Notes under the pieces: model-generated
Seen by the model: the letters and a program-made list of their open reading frames with translations, nothing else
What the model was told of the DNA's origin: nothing
Databases searched by the model: none
Part shown: in pieces, positions 38,684 to 46,073 of the stretch
Layout of the letters: each line of letters begins with the position of its first letter
Numbering within the stretch: the first letter of the stretch is position 1
Assembly (NCBI GenBank): GCA_964553045.1
Contig: CAZKJG010000016.1
Span: 494-64,493, forward strand
Source: an uncultured bacterium
Lineage (GTDB): Bacteria; Fermentibacterota; Fermentibacteria; Fermentibacterales; JCC-6
Direction: 5' to 3'
Length of the DNA: 64,000 bases
Position numbers and translations under genes: made by a program

Positions 38684-40642
38684 TCAGCGGCCGCCCGTGA
38701 TTACCTCCAGAACCTCGGGGAAGTCAACTCCCAGCTCCTCGAGCTTCTCCCGCCCGGGTACGCCGTCTTCGCTCCATCCCCTAAGCCGGTAGAGGGCGTC
38801 GAGGAGTCGGTTGTAGCGGTCTTCCCTGTGCTTCCGCAGGGCCGAGACCTTCTCTTCTGCGGACATGGATTCGGGGTCCGTTCCTGCCTCTTCGCGAAGC
38901 TGGCTGTCGTACATGTCCCTTCGGGTCTCGTACTCGTCCTCGGTCACCGGGCCCTGGGCACGATAGGGAAGTGAATCGTGCTCCCTGGTACCGTAGCCCA
39001 TTCGCAGGTCGAAAACCCTCCGGAAGTTGTGAACCCTCTCGGACATCTCCAGGAGGCTGCCCGGAGTCTGGCCGCTGCCGGTAACGCCCTCGAAGAGGCC
39101 GCAGTAGCTGAGCACCCTTGCCGGGGCCTTTTCCGGATCAAGTGAGTTCCAGGGAAGGCCGCACAGGCCGCAGAGGCTGAACCAGCTGTTCCAGAGCTGA
39201 GAGCTGTGGAGGGCCTCGGCCAGTTCTTCGGGCCCGCGTGGGCCATCCTTCCCGACCCCGGTGAGCATCGGCCAGCGGCCATCCTGCAGGTCGCCACCTG
39301 CACCGGCGCCGAGGGCGGCCTGATGGACGAGCGATTCCCCGGTTGCGACCTGAGGCAGTTCCAGTCCCTTGCTCTCCATTCCGATGTCTTCCAGCAGCTC
39401 CCCATCGGCGTCGTAGTGCTCCTCGAAGTAGTACTTCATGAAGCGGATGCCCTTGCCCGCAATGCGTCCGAAGCCCCTGGACTCCGCCACGGCATGCAGC
39501 AGGGCGAGGGCGGCACCGTCGTTTCCGAATTCGAGCTTCAGGCCGTCGGTCTTCTCCGCGTCGAGTATGCCCTGCTCGAAGCACTCCATGACAAAGGCTG
39601 TCGAGGTGGCGAAGGAGATGGGATCGATTCCGTAGGTTCCGCAGTAGAAGCAGTACTCCATGACGAAGTCGGGATCGAAGATGCCCATGTTGGAGGCTCC
39701 GGCGACCACTCCGTAGTCCGGGCCCTCCACAGAGACGGGTTCCCCTGCGTAGGGGCCGGTCTGCGGCTCGAAGCCCGAGACCGACTTTCGGCAGGATAGC
39801 CCGCAACCCAGCCAGCAGGCGTCTGTACTTCCGGTGTCGAAGTATGGGGAGAGGGATTCTTCGTACAGGCACTTCGCGTCTTCGTGGCCGTATGCGCGGC
39901 AGTTGGCCACCGGAAGGAGGTTGGCTTCGCTCATGCTCTCGATGAGTCGGGCGGTTCCCGAACGTCGCAGACCTCCCTGAACGCCCCGGGAGAATACGAT
40001 ATCGCGTGTGATCTCCATACCGGCTCTGCGGATCGCGTCCGCGTCGCCGGGCGCACCGGGATGGTCGTGAAGGCTCAGGGCTTCGGTGGGGCAGACCTCC
40101 ACGCATATCCCGCAGCCGGTACAATACCCGTCATCCGGCCGGGGAATGCTCAGCCTGCGCTCGGAGCCGCTCCCGGCGAAGCTGATGACTTCCTGTCCGT
40201 TAAGCCGGCGACAGGCCTGGACGCAGAGACCGCAGAGAATGCAGGCCCTCGGGTTGCAGTCAGCCCCGCGAACTGCGGGGCGCGGCCGCTGTATTCCGTG
40301 GGAGCGCGCCATCTCGCGAATGGCCTCGACCTTTGGCCATCGGGCGTAGAGCAGCTCCAGCACATTCCTGCGGTGCGACACCACTCTTTCCGAGGAGGTA
40401 TCCACCTTCAGATCGCTGCGAACGGGGAAGGTGCAGGAGGCGACCAGCCGCCTGCCGCCGCCGTCATCCACCTCGACCATGCACAGCCGGCAGGCGCCGT
40501 AGGGCTCCGTCAGGGGGCTTCCGCAGAGCGCGGGTATTCCGACCCCGGCCATCTCCGCCGCCTCCATGACCGTGGTATCACGCGCCACCTCGACCACTTC
40601 GCCTTCCAGATCGACCTTGAACATCTCCCGATCACCCATCAT
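38684..40642 (-). CDS. Chimeric subunit: HydA/NuoG-like N-terminal Fe-S module ([2Fe-2S] plus 2x[4Fe-4S]) fused to AOR catalytic domains 2-3
   Basis: N-terminus: 2Fe-2S ferredoxin fold (CGSPLTEPYGACRLCMV), CILCGLCVQAC, CTGCGICVEVCP. C-terminus: AOR-family motifs CWLGCGLSC ([4Fe-4S] ligands) and GIDPISFATSTAFVMECFEQGIL (the AOR D.IS.G..A.AMEL.E.G pterin-domain motif). ATGATGA start/stop overlap with the upstream gene. Confidence 0.8.
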   Translation of the reverse strand: MMGDREMFKVDLEGEVVEVARDTTVMEAAEMAGVGIPALCGSPLTEPYGACRLCMVEVDDGGGRRLVASCTFPVRSDLKVDTSSERVVSHRRNVLELLYARWPKVEAIREMARSHGIQRPRPAVRGADCNPRACILCGLCVQACRRLNGQEVISFAGSGSERRLSIPRPDDGYCTGCGICVEVCPTEALSLHDHPGAPGDADAIRRAGMEITRDIVFSRGVQGGLRRSGTARLIESMSEANLLPVANCRAYGHEDAKCLYEESLSPYFDTGSTDACWLGCGLSCRKSVSGFEPQTGPYAGEPVSVEGPDYGVVAGASNMGIFDPDFVMEYCFYCGTYGIDPISFATSTAFVMECFEQGILDAEKTDGLKLEFGNDGAALALLHAVAESRGFGRIAGKGIRFMKYYFEEHYDADGELLEDIGMESKGLELPQVATGESLVHQAALGAGAGGDLQDGRWPMLTGVGKDGPRGPEELAEALHSSQLWNSWFSLCGLCGLPWNSLDPEKAPARVLSYCGLFEGVTGSGQTPGSLLEMSERVHNFRRVFDLRMGYGTREHDSLPYRAQGPVTEDEYETRRDMYDSQLREEAGTDPESMSAEEKVSALRKHREDRYNRLLDALYRLRGWSEDGVPGREKLEELGVDFPEVLEVITGGR

Positions 40643-42483
40643 CGAACCTCCACGGCCTCGAAGCTGCACACATCCCTGCACATGCCGCAGCGGATACATG
40701 TTCGATCGTCTATTCGGTGGGTCTCGCCGGGCTCACCCGAGATCGCACCCACGGGGCAGACCTCGGCACAGGCCGTGCATCCCGTGCACTTTCCCTTGTC
40801 GATGCTGAACCGGATCAGCTCCGGACATTCAGCCGCCGGGCACCTGCTCTCCTCGATGTGGGCCGAGTACTCCTGGGGGAAGTTTCGGATGGTGCTCAGT
40901 ACCGGGCCTGCCGCCCGCTGTCCCAGGCCGCATATGCTGCACTCGGCCATAGTGTCTCCCAGCTCCTGCAGAAGACCTGTGTCCTCCCTGGAGCCCTCCC
41001 CCCGGATGATCCGTCCCATTACCTCCGACATGGCCGCCAGCCCCTCTCTGCAGGGGACGCACTTGCCGCAGGACTCCTCCAGCAGAAGGTCGATGCAGTA
41101 GCGGGCGTAACGGACCATGCAGGTGTCCTGGTCGATCACCGTGAGCATACCCGAGCCCATGGACACGCCGGCATCTGCCAGCGCGTCGAATTCCAGGGGC
41201 AGGTCGAGGTCGCTCTCGGGAATCAGCACGCCGGAGGGACCTCCCAGCTGCGCCGCCTTGAAGCCGGCGCTGTCCGGCGGGCCGCCGCCGATATCGAAGA
41301 TCACTTCCCTGAGCGTGATGCCCATCGGCACTTCCACCAGCCCGGTGGCGGCAACGCTTCCCGACAGCCCGAGCACCTTGGTGCCGGAGGAGTTTTCGGC
41401 GCCCTTGGAGGCGAACCACTCGGGGCCCCTTGCGATGATGGAGGGCACGCACGCCAGGGTCTCGACGTTGTTCAGAACCGTCGGCCTGCCCAGAAGGCCT
41501 TTCTCGAAGGAGGGGACATAAAGGTCATGGGCCTCGGGCGGAAGCCCGGCAAGTGCGGCCATGAGCGCCGAGGACTCGCCGCAGACGAAGGCCCCCTCGC
41601 CCCTGTGCAGATCGACATGGAAATCGAAGCCCGTACCGAGTATGTCCTCTCCCAGCAGCCCCCGGTCAGCCGCCTGCTCGATGGCCCGGCCGAGCCTCTT
41701 CAGTGCAAGGGGATACTCACGTCTGGTGTAGATGTATCCCCGTCTGGCTCCCGTGGCATAAGCGGCGATGAGCATCCCCTCGAGGATCGAATGGGGATCC
41801 GACTCGACGATCCTGGCGTCCTTGAACCCCCCCGGGTCGCTGTCTTCTGCGTTGCAGACCAGGAGGGGCTCTTCACCCGCGCTCCCGGCGGCCTCCCTGC
41901 AGCTGCGCCATTTCGCGCCCGTATGGGCTCCCCCTCCGCTCCTGCCGCGCAGCCCAGAGCTCACCACGGCTTCGACTACCTCTTCGGGCTTCATCTTGTC
42001 CAGTACCTCTGCCAGGGCACCGTATCCCCCTGCTCCCAGATAGTCGTCCATGCTCTCGGGGTCGGTCTGAGTGCGGTTCTGCAGGACGACCAGCTCCTGT
42101 TTTCCGAAGAATGGCACATCCTCGACGCGGGGACATATCTTGTCGCCGCTGCGGTACATCAGCCTCTCCACCGGCTTGCCGTCCTCGAGGTGCTGGGCGA
42201 TTATGTCCGCGAGGTCGTCGCCGCCCACCCTGGTGTAGAGGATGCCGTCGGGCTGCACAAGCACCAGCGGCCCCTCTGCACAGAAACCCAGGCATCCGCT
42301 CCGTACGACCAGGTACTCCTCGGAGAGGTCCCTCTTGATGAACTCGCCCACCAGCCTGTCGTAGAGGCCCGAAGACTGCCGGGCCCCGCAGCCGGTCCCG
42401 GTGCAGACCAGGATGGTCTTCCTGTAGTCCTGGCGCCTCCTGCGGGCCCTTTCCTGCAGATCCTTCAGCTCCTCAAGCGTCAT
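40639..42483 (-). CDS. HydB/HoxF/NuoF-like NAD(P)H-binding flavoprotein with N-terminal thioredoxin-like [2Fe-2S] and C-terminal 2x[4Fe-4S]
   Basis: GAGGYGA NAD/FMN region, FVCGESSALMAAL, ESCGKCVPCREG (N3 cluster). N-terminal CTGTGC...CLGFC. C-terminal CTGCTACAEVCP and CIRCGMCRDVC. Confidence 0.85.
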   Translation of the reverse strand: MTLEELKDLQERARRRRQDYRKTILVCTGTGCGARQSSGLYDRLVGEFIKRDLSEEYLVVRSGCLGFCAEGPLVLVQPDGILYTRVGGDDLADIIAQHLEDGKPVERLMYRSGDKICPRVEDVPFFGKQELVVLQNRTQTDPESMDDYLGAGGYGALAEVLDKMKPEEVVEAVVSSGLRGRSGGGAHTGAKWRSCREAAGSAGEEPLLVCNAEDSDPGGFKDARIVESDPHSILEGMLIAAYATGARRGYIYTRREYPLALKRLGRAIEQAADRGLLGEDILGTGFDFHVDLHRGEGAFVCGESSALMAALAGLPPEAHDLYVPSFEKGLLGRPTVLNNVETLACVPSIIARGPEWFASKGAENSSGTKVLGLSGSVAATGLVEVPMGITLREVIFDIGGGPPDSAGFKAAQLGGPSGVLIPESDLDLPLEFDALADAGVSMGSGMLTVIDQDTCMVRYARYCIDLLLEESCGKCVPCREGLAAMSEVMGRIIRGEGSREDTGLLQELGDTMAECSICGLGQRAAGPVLSTIRNFPQEYSAHIEESRCPAAECPELIRFSIDKGKCTGCTACAEVCPVGAISGEPGETHRIDDRTCIRCGMCRDVCSFEAVEVR

Positions 42484-42499
42484 GATCGCAAGCCCCTCT

Positions 42500-42964
42500 C
42501 TATTCGAAACGCGCCAGGAGGTCGCCGACCTCCGATGGTCTCACAGTACCCACAACCTCGCCGTTTACGGCTACGGCGGGGGCCAGTCCGCAGCAGCCCA
42601 GGCATCTCACCCGTTCCAGCGAGAACCTGCCGTCTTCGGTGGTCTCCCCCTCCTCAATGCCCAATTCCCTCTCCAGAGCCGACATCAGCCTGGGGGCGCC
42701 CTTCAGAAAGCAGGCGGCGCCCATGCAGACCTGGATATTCCTCTCCCCCCGGGGCTTCAGGCTGAAGCCCGAGAAAAAGGTAGCCAGATGGAAGAGCCTT
42801 CCCCGGGGTACGCCGATCAGCAGAGCCAATCTTCCCAGGGCCTGCTCGGGTATGTACCTGTAGATCTCCTGGACGTCCTGCAGCATCTCGGTGGCGTACT
42901 CGGGGTCGCGGTTCCATCTCTGCACAATGCGGTCGATTCTCTCCAGGGCATCCACCCTAATCAC
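42500..42964 (-). CDS. HydC/HoxE/NuoE-like thioredoxin-like [2Fe-2S] subunit
   Basis: CMGACFLKG...CLGCCGLAP cluster motifs. GTG start inferred near 42955-42964 at the AOR-N stop; plus or minus 9 nt uncertain. Confidence 0.7.
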   Translation of the reverse strand: MIRVDALERIDRIVQRWNRDPEYATEMLQDVQEIYRYIPEQALGRLALLIGVPRGRLFHLATFFSGFSLKPRGERNIQVCMGAACFLKGAPRLMSALERELGIEEGETTEDGRFSLERVRCLGCCGLAPAVAVNGEVVGTVRPSEVGDLLARFE

Positions 42965-43793
42965 CACCCTCGTCGCAAGGATCGCCGCCACAGGGGATTT
43001 CCTCCTCCAGGACCAGCTTGGAACATGCGGCAGGGGCCTTGACCACAAGGGCCTTAAGGCCCTTGCGCCGAAACACCGAGCCGGCTCCCCCCCGGCCACC
43101 CTGGAAGGTCCGTATCGTCCTCCCCCGGGGGTCCCACCATGAGAGGCCGAGTGAGCCGATCCAGCTGTTCTCTGCACCCCTGCCGGCGGTGACAGTGGAG
43201 AGCAGCCTGCGATCTTCGTCCTCCCCGGAGTACATCTCGAAGAGCTCACGCACCGCCAGGTGGGTGTCCGTGGAGAGTAGCGGGCTCTCTTCCAAGGTTA
43301 CCCGGCCCTCGGTGCCGTCAATTCTCACGATGACGTCCGTTTCCGCCTTGCCCACCAGCACCAGCCCGTCGAAGCCGGCGAACTTCAGCAGGGGTCCGAA
43401 ATGGCCGCCGGCGCTGGAATCCACGACCGCCCCGGTAGTGGGTGATATTGTCGCAATGGAGGAGTATCCCGCACCGGGAAACAGCGCCGTGCCTCCGAGG
43501 GGCCCGGATGATATGCATATGGGATTCCCGTCGCTGTCCCACTTTGTCTTCGGAGTGGTCTCCTGCCAGGCCATGAGGAGGTTGAATCCCCTGCCTCCGA
43601 CGAAGAGGTCCTTCATGCTCTCGGTTACGGGAACTGTCCTGAAGGAGGGCTCGGATACGTTCACTCTGAGTATCTCGCCCGTGTAGCCCTTCGCGGCCCC
43701 TCTGGGATCGTAGGAGAACTCCGCCAGGACCTTCTGAGCCTTCAGAATATCCCGGGCTGTCCGCTTCTCGGCCATGCGCATCCCCCGGTTCAT
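42957..43793 (-). CDS. AOR N-terminal domain (domain 1) as a stand-alone protein
   Basis: Collinear with the AOR N-domain: GYTGEILRVNVSE, GGRGFNLLM, GPLGGTALFPGAGYSSIATISPTTG, GGHFGPLLKFAGFDGLVLVGKAE, VTAGRGAENS. Ends after about 210-240 aa, without domains 2-3. Confidence 0.8.
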   Translation of the reverse strand: MNRGMRMAEKRTARDILKAQKVLAEFSYDPRGAAKGYTGEILRVNVSEPSFRTVPVTESMKDLFVGGRGFNLLMAWQETTPKTKWDSDGNPICISSGPLGGTALFPGAGYSSIATISPTTGAVVDSSAGGHFGPLLKFAGFDGLVLVGKAETDVIVRIDGTEGRVTLEESPLLSTDTHLAVRELFEMYSGEDEDRRLLSTVTAGRGAENSWIGSLGLSWWDPRGRTIRTFQGGRGGAGSVFRRKGLKALVVKAPAACSKLVLEEEIPCGGDPCDEGGD

Positions 43794-44038
43794 CTGGAGC
43801 TGACGGCTTGTTTCTGCCGGCTCATCGCCAATTGCCAGTGTATTACTCTACCCACTGAGCCGGTTATGGACAATACCCATCCAACTCTTTTTCACTGAAA
43901 GATGGACGGTTAGGCTCACATTCGGAAGGGTTTGTCCGTCGAAGCCGGGACGATCCTGTCCAGGGGAGGCTTGACTTGATAAATGGCCGTCACAATCCTT
44001 ACCCTGAGAGTGTGTATTTCCATGGGGAAGGAGGATAC

Positions 44039-45052
44039 ATGAGAGCTTTGCTTCTTCTTGCGCTGGTTCCGGCCATAGCCTTTGGGGCGAGCGTGGTCAA
44101 GACGATAGATGCCCCCGATAGCGGCATCGCCGGCCTCGCCTGGGGCTCGGGAAGCCTGTGGGCGTCGGACGGAGGCACCGGCAACGTGTACGAGCTGGAC
44201 CCCGCTGACGGAACGGTTCTCAGCTCGTTCTACTGCGACAACGGAACACCCGGGGGGCTGGCTCACATGTCCGGCGACCTCCACGTGCTCAACTCCGAGT
44301 CGGGCACCTACGTCGGCTACGTCTACAAGTACTCCGAGGGAGGGTCCTACCAGGGCGCATACGACACGACCTGTTGAGGCAGCGCCCTCTACCAGTCGGT
44401 GACTGGTATAGCTTCCGACAACACATCTTACACCTACGTCCTTGGAGACGGCTACTACGACGACCCCGTCGTCGAGTACTTCAACAGCAGCGGCAACGTG
44501 GGAACCTCTCCCTACATGCAGGACATGCCGGCCCTGTCCTCGCACTACGACATAGCCTACGAGGGCGGCGACGGCGACGGCGACATATGGGTCGCCTGCG
44601 ACGCGGCCGACAGTCCCATAAGATCATACGACACCGACGCTCAGATGGTTGCCTGGGTGTCCGGGGGCGATCTGCCCTCCGGCGCGCAGATTCGGGGATT
44701 GACCTTCGATACCAACGGATACCTCTGGGCCAGCGACTACAACGCCCAGAAGATCTACCAGATCGATCTGACCAGCGGCGCCGCCGAGGGAGTCAGCTCG
44801 ACGGTAGGAGGCATGGCCCTTTCCGTTTCCAGCAACCCGTTCTTCGGTTCGGTCACCCTCAGCCTCAGTGGCGTGGAGGGGACCGCCGAGCTGGCCGTCT
44901 TCGACCTCGCCGGCAGAACGGTTGCCCGGGAGCGGATCGGGAGCGGCTCTTCGATTGCCTGGAACGGGGAAGGAGTGCCCAGCGGCACCTACCTTGTCCG
45001 CGCCACCACCGAAGACGGTGTCTCGGCCACCAGGCTGGTCACCAAGCTCTAG
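44039..45052 (+). pseudogene. Secreted beta-propeller-like (NHL/SGL-like) protein with T9SS CTD, interrupted by an in-frame TGA
   Basis: ATG at 44039 after GGAAGGAGG. Signal peptide MRALLLLALVPAIAFG. In-frame TGA at 44375-44377 (YDTTC*GSALYQ) joins two same-frame ORFs. C-terminal SSNPFFGSVTLSL...LAVFDLAGRTV...GTYLVRATT CTD. Confidence 0.5.
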
Positions 45053-45077
45053 GCAAGAGAGCATCAGTGCAGTGAAG

Positions 45078-45107
45078 GGGCCGGGAGGCCTTCCTCCCGG
45101 CCCTTTC
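45078..45107. terminator. Rho-independent terminator between convergent genes
   Basis: gggccgggagg cctt cctcccggccc tttccc: perfect 11-bp stem and a T-run, directly after the T9SS cargo gene. Confidence 0.55.
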
Positions 45108-45200
45108 CCTATTCGCCCTCCAGCTCTGCCCGATCCCACAGTAAGCAGTGCGTGGCCTCTGCCCAGGCGTCCAGGGTTTTTTGGGGAAACGGGCCGGGGG

Positions 45201-45890
45201 TCAGGCCCGTACCTGTACCTCTTCCACATAGGGCTCCACGGCCCGCGCGGTCTCCTCCAGATACCCCTTTGGATAGGGGGGGAGGTCGCGGTAGGCGTCC
45301 GACAGGGTCTTGCCGCCGCGGAATCTCTGAAGGACGTAGCGCTGGAAGGGGCCGTGCGTTCGAAGTATTCGCTCCACGCCCTCCTTGTCCACGATGCCGG
45401 GAACCATGGTGGTTCGGATCTCGTAGGCCGGAAGTGCCCTGATCATCTCCAGGCTCTCCACGACATCATCGAATCGGGCGTGACCTCCGGTGGCTTTCCC
45501 GTAGGCTCCCGGCGCGGCCTTGAGGTCCATCGCCACGTAGTCGACCAGGTCCAGGACCTCCCGGAGCCTCTTCGGCAGGGTACCGTTCGTGTCCAGCTTC
45601 ACCGGAAGGCCGGTTTCCCTGCGCACGCTGAGAATGAAATCGGACAGGCCGGGGCTGAGAAGGGGCTCACCGCCGGTTATGGAGACTCCCTCTATGAAGC
45701 CATCCCGGGCCTTGAGGCGGTCGAGGACGATGTCGGCCGACAGGGTGTACTGGTCCGCCAGGAGGTCGGGACGCACCAGCTCGGGGTTGTGGCAGAAGGG
45801 GCAGTAGAGGTTGCAGCCACCGAAGAAGACCACCGAGGCTATCTTGCCGGGGTACTCTATGAGGCTGGTTCCCTCGAAGGAGCGGATCAA
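45201..45890 (-). CDS. nrdG: Anaerobic ribonucleoside-triphosphate reductase activating protein (radical SAM)
   Basis: CNLYCPFCHN radical-SAM motif close to the N-terminus, typical NrdG size. Non-ATG start, exact start uncertain. Confidence 0.8.
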   Translation of the reverse strand: MIRSFEGTSLIEYPGKIASVVFFGGCNLYCPFCHNPELVRPDLLADQYTLSADIVLDRLKARDGFIEGVSITGGEPLLSPGLSDFILSVRRETGLPVKLDTNGTLPKRLREVLDLVDYVAMDLKAAPGAYGKATGGHARFDDVVESLEMIRALPAYEIRTTMVPGIVDKEGVERILRTHGPFQRYVLQRFRGGKTLSDAYRDLPPYPKGYLEETARAVEPYVEEVQVRA

Positions 45891-46072
45891 CTCCCGGATT
45901 CCTGCGCGGAGCCGATGCTCACGTACTCGCGCTGCTCGAACTCTTCGCGCTTGCCGCGGTTCCAGTCCTGCACCGGACGGTAGTAGCCCACTACCCTGGA
46001 GTAGACCTCGGTCCTTACGGCTTTGATCCTGGTTCCCCTGTCGATTCCCTCTTCCGAGCGCGCGTCTGCCAT
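45887..46072 (-). CDS. Small protein carrying an NrdD-type glycyl-radical motif (RVVGYYRPV...WNRGK)
   Basis: 61-aa ORF MADARSEEGIDRGTRIKAVRTEVYSRVVGYYRPVQDWNRGKREEFEQREY.... ATG one nt after the nrdD TGA, with GGAG/AGGTG upstream. Stop overlaps the nrdG start. Confidence 0.55.
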   Translation of the reverse strand: MADARSEEGIDRGTRIKAVRTEVYSRVVGYYRPVQDWNRGKREEFEQREYVSIGSAQESGS

Positions 46073-46073
46073 T

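Noticed and set aside
44375-44377. Selenocysteine insertion at the in-frame TGA
   Set aside because: The context is Cys-TGA-Gly in a beta-propeller repeat with no redox motif. No bacterial SECIS-like hairpin lies immediately downstream, and no sel genes are in the window.
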